From the NCBI RefSeq assembly GCF_009914755.1, contig NC_060933.1: a stretch of 64,000 nucleotides of DNA; one strand, given 5' to 3'. Shown one piece after another: positions 16,621-28,779 of this stretch (its first letter is position 1; every line of letters begins with the position of its first letter). A program made the position numbers and the translations under genes. This DNA comes from the human T2T-CHM13v2.0 reference genome, Homo sapiens. Below the pieces are notes generated by a model, which saw only the letters and a program-made list of their open reading frames with translations, did not search any database and was not told the origin of the DNA.

Positions 16621-17600
16621 CAGACCGTTCTTTTATTCTGGGAAACCCAGCAACCCCAGCACCAGTTATAGGCCTAAGGTGTTCTTGCAGCCAGCCACCC
16701 AGTGACAGCACAATGGCAGCAGATCTCACCAGTGTGACATTACCATATTTTGCATTTGATTTGCCTATCAATGTGCAGCCAGGTATGATTAAAAAACCAA
16801 GTGCTTCCCTCATTGGCACAGCCAAGTCATCTACATTTAGAGATACCACCAGAATGCCTGGCACTGGAGACAGTAACTGCATCGGTTGACAATTCTACTC
16901 TAGGCCCAGGGGGGATAATGAGACCTGGAGCCCCTAAACATGGTGAAAACATTGGGGTTAGCATGTCTCTGCAGTTCCACATCAAGAACACCGAAAACTA
17001 TACCAGGATGGAGGGGAACAACCAGCACCAGCCTGTACCCCCATTTGGTCAGGTAGCCTGGGGCTCACCTGCTCACACCACATTGGTTGTGGCTACAAAC
17101 ACCAGCACCATCCTTGCTTGTTCCACCTTCATGCCAAATACCTGGCATGCACCACTCCAGAACCCAGGTGTTGCACTAGGAAGAGGCAACCACATTCCCA
17201 TTGTTGGAGCTCCTCGTGGTTCCTTTTTCCATCAGTCCATGGTCGGTCCACCTGGACAAAACACAGGTAGTGCATCTACAGTGAATTCCACCATAGCTAT
17301 AATGAGAGGCCTTCATGTGCCGTCACAGCAGCCAAGCTCCCAAGGCCACCTGGACAATGATTAGATGGTGTCATGGGGGACAACAGCACAAATGCTGTGA
17401 GTGGTCACACTTATAATTCTCCATTCACAAAGAGCACCTGAGGTCCACCTGTGGTGTGATGGGGGACAAATAAGAAGCAAGTTCCCCTCCACATGCAATC
17501 TCCATGAACAAACTTTGCCCCTGGAGAAAGGGGCTTAGTCTCTTTAAATTAAACTTAAGCTGCTCTCTCCCTTTAGAAGCCAGAGGCCCCAAACCTCAAT

Positions 17601-17602
<2 letters not shown>

Positions 17603-17660
<58 letters not shown>
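17603..17660. repeat. (GT)29 microsatellite
   Basis: Perfect dinucleotide run. Confidence 0.98.
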
Positions 17661-17661
<1 letters not shown>

Positions 17662-18739
17662 GGAGGGCATGAGGAGGCTGATAAGCCCAGTCAGAACCAC
17701 AGTGTATTTGAGACACTCCCCTGTGGAAGGTAGAGGAAACCAGCATGTGTCAGCTGTGCTTTCTCTGGCTTGACTGTTAACCTGGGTGTCCCAAGTGCCC
17801 AGCCAGTTCTCTAATCTTTGAACTGGCAGGATATCCTCTGTTATTTACAGGTGCTACTTTTCCACTTGCCCGTTTTTCACAATAAGCCCTTATCTTTCCC
17901 AATTGTGTCTTAAAAGCTTGCTCTTGCTGATGTGCCTCTGCTCATGTGTCTTTGCTCTTTGACTCAACTGTGGAGAAAGAATTTACATGTTTGAGGAATG
18001 ATGTGTTGAGGCAGACTTTACGAAAAACTTTCTGTATGCCAGGGAATAGGATGTGGAAGCAGCCACCCTTTCTGACTTCACAGGCTGAGTCCTGAAGCCT
18101 CTGTGTGAGGTTTGAGCATCAGGGATGACAACATAGTGAAACATGAGGTTCAGACCAGGGCGAGACCAGGTGGCCCGTCCTTGCCTTTTCTGTCTGTTCT
18201 TCTCTCCTATGTCATTGGAAGCAATATATTTCCTGATGTGTGTTAGGAACCTGCACTTTCTCATTTTCATTTTAAAAAATTGTTTAAATGTCTTTTGTGT
18301 GTGTCTTTTTGTTTAATTTAGACTTAGGCACGTCATCCTTACAGATTCCCGCTTCACCAAGAGAGGTTGGGCTTAACATCCAGCTTCTTGCACATAGAGC
18401 CATCAAGAAAGGAAGCACTCATGCCTACTCTGTAATTATTGAAAATTCATGTTTACTTAGAATTTATCAGGCTGCTTAAAATGATCAGAAAAGATTCTTT
18501 TTAAAAACTGCTCTGGCTCTAGTCTAAATCACCAAGGTATCAAATCACAAGAGTTACAGTTACACCCAGATCTGGCTGACCTTCACATTCTGCTAGGTCT
18601 CCACTAGACTGAAATGCCAAAAATACAAACTTTTCTAAGGTATTTCACAACCCAGGAGAACCATCTCAAGGTGGGGAAAGAAGAAAAGTACAAGCATTTC
18701 CCTCAGCTTCTAGCATATTCACCATTTGCTAGTGATGAC

Positions 18740-20020
18740 TTTACAATAAACTCTGTGCTAGGCCCTGAAGATACAGAGTTGAAAGACATCTCTTGCCCCA
18801 GAAAATTTACAATGTATTCTGGGGGACAGATGACCAGACCAAACAATTAACTGGATAGGTAGGTGCTGAGATAATGGGAGCAGGTAAGAAGAACATTAAC
18901 TACTTCTGTGGTAAATGAAGGATGAACTGCACCTTCAAGGAGAAGGGGACAGTTGAGTGGATAAGGACTACTTCTGGGTCAAAGCAATAGCATTAAAAGG
19001 CTAGAGAAAGAATGTAGATGACCAGTCAGTGGGACACTAGACTGGTAGTCAGGTGTGTTTGAAGAGTGAAACCAAAGGTGGGAGGTGCACCTGCAGGGTT
19101 CCACAAGAGTGGATAGAAAACAAACTTAAACACCACAGTGGGGCACCTGTTCATTTTTCTGAAAGCATGAGAAGTCATGAAGGGATTGTAAGCAAAGATA
19201 TGACAAGATTATATGTAGATTGTAGAAATCTCCCTGTGACTATGTGAGAAAGAAGAAGTAAATGATGCCAGGGCAGAGACAAGGAAGCTTAGTGACACTG
19301 CAGTGAGTCAAGGAAAGATGAAGAAATGAGTTCCTGGTCTAAAGAACCTGACAGCAGGGATAGTGAGGAGGTCAGAGAAGAGGGAAGTGAAATGGGTGAC
19401 AGCAACGAGCCCCGGCCTATCCTCATCATCTGCCTTGAGTGAACAAACATAAGTGATTTTGGCAAAAATTTAAGTTCTACTTTTCATAGTGTGAGATGAT
19501 GGTGGAAAATCCAGATTCTATTTGGAAAGCAGTTCATTTACTCAGTCAATTTAAAGTATCTGTTGAGCAACTGGGATGTGCTGTGGACTATTGTAGGTAG
19601 TAGTGTCAATTACAAGAAAGGAAAAATTCCTGACTTTGTGGACTCTGCATTCTAGTTGAAGTGGAGAAAAGAAGCAGCAAACATGGAGATTATCTGGTAG
19701 GTTAGCCAGTAAGAAATGCTATGGAGAATAAAGAAGTACGTGGGGGATTGAGATTGTGGATAGAGAGAAGCAGGGGATTCCATTTAAACTGTGGACAAGA
19801 CAAGCCTCACTGGGAAAGTGAAATGTGAGCCTCAGAGGCAACTGAGCCAGATATCTGAGCAAAGAGCATCCCAGATAATAGGAATAGTCACTGCAGAGGC
19901 TCAGGGGAAGGACGCCTCTCAGGTCCTCAGGGAGCAGCTAGTGAGGCAATGTGGCTGGAATGGAGTCAGTAGGAGGGAGGGAGGGAGAGAGGGAAGGGAG
20001 GAGGACAGAGAAAATGTGGG
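18740..20020 (-). mobile_element. Degenerate L2 fragments
   Basis: ctctgtgctaggccctgaagatacagag and ttcatttactcagtc..tatctgttgagcaactgggatgtgc antisense L2 ends. Confidence 0.6.
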
Positions 20021-20234
20021 GTGAATTCCTTGCACCACCATTTATTAGTTGTACAAACAGTAGAGTCAATCTTCAAGAGTCTCAGTGAAGTCAGTTCTTA
20101 TGCTATGGACTGTTTACCTGAGAAAATTTCTAAAAGGATAACATGAAATAATATAAGGAAGTAACTTGGAAGCCATTGTTGTTATTGTTCTGTGGATAAA
20201 TGGATGGATGGATGGATGGATAGACAGATGAGAG

Positions 20235-21113
20235 AAGTATAGACTGAAATTTTGCATTCCCTCAAAAATTCATATTTTGGAACCCTAACCCCCAATGTGC
20301 TGTTATTAGGAGGCTGGGCCTTTGGGAGGGGTCTAGTTTTAGATGCAGTCATGAGGATGGAACCCCCATGAAGGGATTCGTGCCTATATAAGAAGAGCAA
20401 GAAACACCTGAGCTTCTTCTCACTGCCACGTGAGGACATAGCAAGAAGGTGACCGCCTTTAAGCCAGGAAAAGGGTCATCACAAGAAACAGTATCTGCTT
20501 TCATCTTGGACTTCCCAGGCTCCAGAACTGTAGAAAATAAATGTCTGTTGTTGAAGCTACCAGTCTATGTCACTTTGTTATAGGAGCCTGTGATGGTTAA
20601 TACTGAGTGTCAACTTGATTGGATTGAAGGATGCAAACTATTGATTCTGGGTGTGTCTGTCAAGGTGTTGCCAAAGGAGATTAACATTTGAGTCAGTGGG
20701 CTGGGAAAGACAGATCCACCCTTAATCTGGGTAGGCACCATTTAATCAGCTGCCAGCACTGACAGAATATCAAGCAGGCAGAAAAAGATGAAAAGACTAG
20801 ACTGGCTTAACCTCCCAGCCTACATCTTTCTTCCGTGCTGTATGCTTCCTGCCCGCGAACACTAGATTCCAAGTTCTTCAGCTTTGGAACTCAGACTGGC
20901 TTCCTTGCTTCTCAGCTTATAGACGGCCTATTGTGGGACCTTGTGATTGTGTGAGTTAATACTCCTTAATAAACTCATATCTATATCTTTATCTATATCT
21001 ATATCTATATCTATATCTATATCTATATCTATATCTATCTGTCTGTATCTCTATCCTATTAGTTCTGTCCCTCTAGAGAACTCTGACTAATACACAGCCC
21101 AAGCTGACTAACA
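20235..21113 (+). mobile_element. MLT1A-type MaLR LTR, interrupted by MLT2A
   Basis: aaattcatattttggaaccctaacccccaatgtg; cagaactgtagaaaataaatgtctgttgttgaagc; terminal cagcccaagctgactaa after the nested LTR. Confidence 0.82.
20589..21094 (+). mobile_element. MLT2A (HERV-L) solo LTR
   Basis: tgtgatggttaatactgagtgtcaacttgattgg...gaactctgactaataca; internal (ATCTAT)n; 5-bp TSD gagcc/cagcc. Confidence 0.93.
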
Positions 21114-22109
21114 TAAACAGGTAGGTAGGTAGGAAGGTAGCTAGGTAGCTTGATAGGTAGATAGATAGATACATAATGAAGATAGAGAGCAGATACTTAT
21201 ATATGTGTGCTCTGTGAGTAAGTTCCTTAAGCAGTGGTCTTCTGCTTGCCTTTACTAGGCAATGCAAATAGAAGAACCCTATTTTAAAGGGAGCATAAAA
21301 ATGCTTACTTTTATGAAGTAAGCACCTGTAAAAATATGATAAATAGGGCTAAAAATGCACAGCATTGTGCCTAGTGCAATATGTATGAGATTAGCCCTGT
21401 AACAACAAAACCATCTAGTGGACTCCTCCTGGCGCCCTGCTGCCTGATTCCTTTACTCTCAGTTGCTTAGCACAGTTCCAGAGGGTCAAAGTTCCTGTGC
21501 AATGGGTACAGAGAATCACCTTCCCTTTGTGGTCAGAACTGCCTTACAGAAGCAGGGACAAAATCTGTTTGCTTTTAATAGTCCTGCCCCCTGTCTCTAC
21601 CATGCCTGGCAATAATATCACCAGGGACAAGTTTTAAAAACTCATACTTTTTGACATTTTAGAGAAGACCTTCAATTATTATTCTGATAAGACAAACTTT
21701 AAAGAAATATGTGAGAGATATAAAGATGAATTTGATTTTTATGTTCTGATGCACTTACACAGCTGTAACTATTTCTAAACAAATAGATTCTTCTGTTTTT
21801 ATTCAAACAAGCATAATATAAATTTGAATAATACTGAAATTCAACCCTTCCTACTCCAGTTCCCCTTTCCGAAGATAGGCTTTAGCCACTTTGTTGTTAC
21901 CCCCGTATTTCTAAACTTTATGCTTATTCTGCTGTGTCGTGAAATATCCATTTTAGAAAATATTTCTACCACCCTAACATAAGGGAGGACGATAAACTCC
22001 CACTTCCACTCATATTCCCCATCTCTTCTCATGTGTCATATTCATTTTATTAATTTTGCTGCTTTCGTTTTATAACTTCACGTAGTTTTGTAAGCTTTTT
22101 TGGTGAGAG

Positions 22110-22330
22110 AAAATGGTAGTATAGTGGCTAAAAGCATTGGCTCTGGAAATAGACCACTTGGTTTGGAATCCTTGCTCTTTAGCTTACCAGTTCTGCAACC
22201 CTGAGTAATTTACAGAGCCTTCCTATGCCTCTGTCTCCTTATCTGTCAATCAGGGAAAAGGCAAATATCTACCATATGGGCTGCTCATGATGCTTAAGTG
22301 GAACAATGCATTTGTAGACTTTAGCATCCA
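22110..22330 (+). mobile_element. MIR SINE
   Basis: tagtatagtggctaaaagcattggctctgga..cttccta tgcctctgtctccttatctgt core. Confidence 0.75.
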
Positions 22331-23989
22331 ATACACAATCTCAAGTTTTTTCTATTAAGTTCTTGTTTTATCAATGTTTACTCTAATCTTAGGACTTTAT
22401 GCTCAAAACTGTATTCTCATGACTCCTCTGCCTTTCCTTTTCCCTTGCGCAACTCACCTTTGTCAATTTAAGTATTGGTCAGTCCTGGGGAAAACAGTGG
22501 GATAGGATTATAGTTTCTTCTTTGTAGGTAGAGGGCCCCAACTTATGTCTTTTCCATCAATGGTTGTTATATTCTGTTTTGCATTTTACTTCAACTATTA
22601 TTTTTCCATATAGATTTCATTGCTTTTCCTACCATTTGACTTGTCTCTTTTAAATCCTTGCATTCTTTGCCATGAGAGAGTATTTCGTATTTTCAGACTC
22701 AATATTGTTTATGTGACTGGATCACTCCCTTTTCCAGAAACCTTGTGCCTCCCCAACTCCATTTGGAAGCTTTAAGGCCAAAGTAAGGACATAGTCTCAG
22801 AAGAAAGAGGGCCAAAGCAGCCACTCATATTGCTTTTAGGTTAGGCCAGAAGTGTTCACTAATCACTCATTACAAAAAATATCTGATTCTGACCTCGTCA
22901 TCCTAACTTCCTAGATCTGTGGTAGAGCCAAGAATCTGGACTTCAACTAGCACTCTGGCTAACTATGATGCAGACAGTCCACATTTCATATTCCTCCAAA
23001 TGCTACTTCAGGCCTTAGGCGAAGGCTCACCAAGGGCCCATTCATCTCATCAGATAAATAATTTTATATAGGAAGTGAGGACAAAACCGTAGTTACTAAT
23101 AAGCAGAGTATACATCTACTTCTTAGGAACTAGAAAGTGGCATGTGGGAAATTTTAGAATTTCAGAGATGTGGATGCATGTCTTTCTGGCTCTAAATATT
23201 TTCATTTTAGAGATCTAGAAACTGCCCCTGGCTGTAAGGAGCGTTCCCAGGCCCTCCCTGAAGCAGTCACTACTGTGACCCCAGGCAATGTGATGCAGTG
23301 AGGGCCTCCTGAACAACAGCTCATTCTTTTCCTGAGACAGAGCTGGGAATGACTCTCCCAGAAGTCCCAGGACAGGAGTGTCATCTTCAAGAATGCCTTC
23401 TGGATAGGAAAACTGAGGATCCTAGGATCAAATAGCGGCTAAATCTTAGAGCCACAATCTAGATCCTGGATTTATTGAAGGCAGGGAGCGGGGCATGGGA
23501 GGGACCAGAAAAACAAAACCAAACAGAATCTCTGCTAAAAAATGGTTTGTCTTAGGTAAATAGCACCTTTTCTTTAAGCTCTTATTTTTTTGTTAATGAC
23601 TAATATCAGAGGCTTTCCTGGAAGTAGGTCTCACAGGATGGAGGGAAATATGAACACTTATGAGTAAAAATATAGGGCTTTGTGGGGAGACTGCATTGAA
23701 GATAAGGGTTCAAAACACATACTAGGTCAATTTCTAACTTGCCATTGGACTAGCCTAGGCTAGAAGCACTGACTAGTGAAATGCCCAAGTTAGCCACAGG
23801 GACAATCACTAAAAGTATTTCTTCTGATTTCCCTTGAAGTTTGATGATTTCACGAAATATATATCTCATATATGCACAGAAAATGTAAGCCTTGAAAATG
23901 CTGAGATATTTGTGAGCCTAACCTTGATGGACATCAATACTTATGACAGAAAGTGGAGTAAGTGATGAGCTTCGGATTTGCATTTATTA

Positions 23990-24230
23990 TTAACAAATAG
24001 TGCTTACTCTATGCCAAGCACTATTGTAAGTCATTAGCAAATTCTGATTCATTTAATCTTCATAATAACTCTATTGATAGGTATCATTTATAATTCTACT
24101 TGTTTATTTTTTTAAGGACGCTGAGGCCCAGAGAGGTTAAATACCTTGTTCAATGTCACACAGTTAGTAGATTGCAAAAACCCAGATTTATAACCAGACC
24201 ATCTGAACTTTTGTCACTTGGCTGTACCAC
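23990..24230 (-). mobile_element. MIR SINE
   Basis: ctgaggcccagagaggttaaataccttgttcaatgtcacacag. Confidence 0.78.
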
Positions 24231-24771
24231 CTCATTATAAACCATGTGTAAGGAAAGGACTAAATTGACAAGAATCTGAACTAAAGACAGAAGAGGGAAA
24301 TGAGAAAGTGAGTGATGTTGGAACCTGGGGAGAATTTAAGTTCAGAAGTTCTCAGGGATGAGTCCTGGGAGAGGGCCTGAGATATGGCTTGAATATTAAC
24401 TTGCGGTGGCACCTAAGTCCTCTGAGACAAGACTCTATTCTCCTTAAAGTTCAGAAAGGCAGGTTGGATGAAATGTATTGGAAACAGGGTAGAAAGGAAA
24501 AGAATAATGTGACTTCAGTGATGAGCAGTAACATTTTCCCTTTAAGTAATAGGAGAAGAGAGGGTCTCTGGGGAAGGAAAGACCTCTTGCTGCCAGGTGT
24601 CTAGGCATTTATTCCCCGGATGAACATTGGGAAAAGTGACAGTCATTGTACTGGTTTCAGAAATCCCTTAAAACCAAAGCTTCAGCTCCCCAGAACAGGG
24701 TTAACAGTTGTGTGTTAGGCTCTCCACTGTGTCTGCAGTCACATGTTTTCCCTGGAGTAACAGTTCCTGTT

Positions 24772-24950
24772 AAGTATGCATTAGTCTCCTATGGCCGCTA
24801 TAACAAATTAGCACAAACTTGGTGGCGTGAAACAAAATACATGTATACTCTTACAGTTCTGGAGGTCAGAAGTCTGAAAGCACTTTCACTGGGCTGAACT
24901 CCAGAGGTGGCAGGGCTGTACTCGCTCTGGAAACTCGAGAACAGGATCAG
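24772..24950 (-). mobile_element. MLT1 LTR fragment
   Basis: ttagtctcctatggccgctataacaaattagcacaaacttggtggc..tcttacagttctggaggtcagaagtctgaa. Confidence 0.75.
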
Positions 24951-26159
24951 TTTAAGATGAGATAGCACCTACAACATAAGCTGGGAACTGTTAGGTGCAA
25001 GTCAGTGACACTGAAAATGAAGGCATCACTAGTTTAGAGAAAGAAATCAGAGAATAAAGGTTGACTGGTTAATATTTGGGAAGGTTTTCATTTTATACCA
25101 CAAACATTTATGGAGAAAAGGTGACTGGAGAACAGGAATGTGCACAGGATTTGGTAATTGGTAGTGGGGTATCTGCTGTTATGCTCATGAATCCACATGC
25201 TTTTTCCTCAAATGGCAAGTGGAAGTCTGTCCTCCACTACTGACGTTGTCAGCTAGAACTGGATTTTGGCATTTCATTGGCTCAAGTCATACTTTCTTTT
25301 GGTGTTAGAATCTCCTTAGAGTTTACAATCTTGTGTTCTACTTAGGTTGCTTTTTAAGAGTTAAATTCCAGCATAGGCTGGGGTTTTGCCTACACAGACT
25401 CTGTTATAGGCGATGCCATGAACTTCCAAGGGCGTCCAGTTCAATCAAGTTGTCGGAAGTGTGCAGGAAGCTGTAAGACAGGTTGTTAAGATACAAAGGG
25501 CAAGTTAAACTTTAAAGTGCGCTATAAGAGAGGCTGCCTCATGACATAGTGTATTCCAGGCCCTAATGAATTCACTAGGTCCCCATAGCCGAGCAAAGTG
25601 GAACCTGTAGGGCTTCTTAGATGAGAGGCCCTCTGTGTTACTTAACCTCTGCCCTGTACCAGGGCAACTGCTACTTCTCAATCTAGAAGAAAACCAGTAG
25701 AAACAAAATTCTTATTGTAGAATCTTATATTAATACTCTCAAAAATAAGAACTAAGGTTTTCTTACATGCTATTGATGAAAATCATGATGATCTAAATTT
25801 TTTAATGAAAAATTTTAAATTTTAGTATTTAATTATGGGTGAAATTGAGCATTCGTTCAATCATGTTTCCAAGTTATTTGTGTTTTCTTCTAAAATGGAC
25901 TTCTCCTTAAATGAAAGGCAACTAAAACTTTGTTCTATGTCTATAATTGTATGAAACAATCTAATCATTTATTCCTCCAAAAATAGTATTGTGTCTTTTG
26001 ATAAAAGAAAATTAAACACTGACCCAAGGGGAAAGCTGACAAATCTCAATACCTTCACATTTATTAGGGCCAACTATCCTAATGTCAAAAAGAAAAAAAA
26101 GAAAAGAAGAAAAAATATTGGCAGTACATATGATTGTGTTTAGAATTAAACTATCATTT

Positions 26160-26900
26160 AAAGTGCTATTATAAATCATAAAGGAAAGAGTAAATATATC
26201 CATAGAGAATAGGGAAATGATATGAATAAATAGTTTGACAAAAAAGAAAATATAAATAGCTTAGACCATATGAATACATGCTCAGTAGCATTCATATTTT
26301 ATATTAAAATTAAAATAACTATGAAATATCATTTTAACTTTTATATTAATCACAAAAATCATTGCTGAAGATGTGGAGAAATGAAAATTTTCAGGCAATT
26401 TTAACAGGAATGCACATTGGGATAGCCACTTGAAGCACAATTTAGAAATATCTTTCACATTTTTCAATGTATATACTATTTGACCCGACAATTCCATCTC
26501 AAGGACTCTCTCCTATGGATGTGTCTAACACATAAGCAAAGATATGTGTCCATTGTTATTAGTAATGGTCTGGAAACATTTTAAAAGACCCATTAATAGG
26601 AAACTGACTAGAATAATTATAGTGCATTCATATAATGGATCACCTTACAGCCATTTTTAAAATGAGGTACCTCCCTAAGTTCTGACATGCTGAAATATAA
26701 TTTTCTCTAAGATATATTGTTAAGAGAAATAACGAAAGTTGTAGAAAAAGGTAACACAGGACACAATAATTTACATAGAAAATTCCAGAAAATATACATA
26801 AAAACTTTAAGTAGTAAGATGAGAGGGAAAATTATTTTCACTGTTTACCTGTTTTGCTATTTTGCATATACATTCCTTACTTTAATTATATAATCTAGCT
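26160..26900 (+). mobile_element. L1ME-type 3' fragment
   Basis: Degenerate L1 C-terminal motifs (tttgacccgacaattccatctcaagga; aattatagtgcattcatataatgga). Confidence 0.65.
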
Positions 26901-27242
26901 AAGGAGAAGTAAAGTGTGCCATGTCAAAATAGTCTGAGCTCTATATAAGCTTTTTAACATATCTTTAAGGAGGAAAAACATTCTGCTGAAATATGTCAAA
27001 AAGAAATTACATAAATAATGAATAGATAGATGGGTATCCATGATGCATGCCACTTTTAAATCTAGACACCTTGAGTATTTCACAAATATATCCAGGCAGG
27101 CAATGTGTATACTAGTCTCACTGGCTAATTCACTTCATGTAATTCATGCCAATTCCTCATATTGGGTTCAAAGAACACAATTGTACCTAAAGACCTAATA
27201 GAAATACTCCTAAAACTTTTCTGACTATAAAAGGAAGATGCT

Positions 27243-27475
27243 CAGCCTAGGAAATATGATGAGACCTCGTCTCTACAGAAATGTTTATATTAAAACTAGC
27301 CATGCATGGTGGTGCATGCCTGTAGTTCCAGCTACTTGGGAATCTGAGGTAGGAGGATCTCTTAAGACTAGGAGGTCAAGGCTACAGTGAACCATGAGCA
27401 TGCACTGCCCTCCAGCCTGAGTAACACAGTGATACACTGTCTTAAACAACGAAACAAAACAAATATCAAAAAAAT
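27243..27475 (+). mobile_element. AluJ, 5' truncated
   Basis: ggaggatctcttaagactaggaggtcaaggctacagtga J-type right arm. Confidence 0.85.
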
Positions 27476-28779
27476 TGCTAAATACAATTTCAAAGATTAA
27501 TTTTTCATTTTAGAAAATTTATCTATACACAATTTCTCTGATTCTGAAGAATTTGATATTTTAATCTAAACCTTAGTTAACTATGGTATCTAAAAATGTC
27601 TTAAAAGAGAAAAATAAATATGCTATTAAATCTCATTACTACTCTTAGGTTGATACATTTCCCAATAATCAACTTAGCTTAAAAGTACTCATAATATGGC
27701 AATGTATTGCCCAGATTCAATGCCACTTTTGGGAGTGAATATAATAACCAAACTTAGATTCACTTATTTATGGAATAATTATTAGCCTCCTTAAGATCCT
27801 TTGTGTGATTGGACCAGTAAATAATATCATTAACTGTTAATTAAAAAGTCACACTCACTGATTTTATCAGGAGTAAATATACTCAAGAAAAAGACCTTGG
27901 ACATCATCATAATTGGGATTTATACAAACTAGTGGATGAGAAAAGTCATGATGGAAGTCAGATTTCAGAGAGTGACTGGCAGAAAATCTCTGAAAGTGCA
28001 GAAGGGATTGAGTCTACTAGGGCTGACTCAGAAATAAGACCCACTTTTCAAAAGGGATAATGATTTTGGGTAGAGAGTCAGGCTGTGACTGAATTTAGTC
28101 TGCATTATTTCCTACTAGACTGCCTAAACACTGCTAAAAAGAGAGTTTTGTAGGTGGAAATTAAATAATTGTGGCACTGGAAGCCCAAGACGTTCAGTGG
28201 GAATCTGTTTTCTTTACAGAGAGTGCTGGACAGTATAGACTGGACTCTTTCAATAGGAGCCTTAATTATGGATGTGTCATAAGAATAGAAAATAAGAGAA
28301 TAAAAAATAAATGAGAACTAAAGACATTTTGTGGAACTTTGGGAGTCAGAACATTAAAATAAGGTGCTCCTGGAGCTTGGAGTTGAAGCTTTTATAGGTG
28401 TGGGCCAAACAGCCTATTGGTAATGGTATCCATGGGCTGAAGAGGTAGAGGGTTTCCAGGCTTCAAAACAAGTGTGGTGAAGCAAGTACCCTCACGAGCC
28501 TTTCTGCTAGAAGTCAGCTGGATTCTGCATTAAATAGACTTTTGGATTTAGTGCTGGTCTTCCAGGACATAAGAGAAACCTCTAAACATCTATAATAAAG
28601 AAAGGCAAGAATCTGTGTGCTGAAAGTAGAGCAGTGAAGGGCAAGCAAATAAAAGTTGGATTTTCCCAAGGGCAAAACCAACATTAGTATCATACCATGC
28701 GAATTAAGCCTCAGGCTAATGGTAAATAAGTAAATCTGACCCATAGTTGCGTGTATAAAACCAGAAACCCTGAATAGGG

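Larger units (their letters stand above)
13403..17400 (+). pseudogene. NPAP1 (C15orf2; POM121-related) pseudogene, intronless, multiple frameshifts and stops; 3' limit approximate
   Basis: ATG 13403 gives MGNLL. Collinear NPAP1-like blocks: EKAQVSPVSGS..LGKPDP; LMSGKKMQDKKP..NRPCERKM; WDRSELSPPAKLPCLSIEG..SKILEDK; IPNSPLSLPTDLVPI; PQPKF; GSGNTDPSGN; DRSFILGNPATPAPVIGL; PFGQVAW. Confidence 0.92.

Noticed and set aside
13028-17364. Many overlapping ORFs as real genes, or as functional NPAP1
   Set aside because: They are fragments or off-frame readings of one GC-rich pseudogene; homology switches frames repeatedly. No specific pseudogene symbol assigned because the locus cannot be established from sequence alone.
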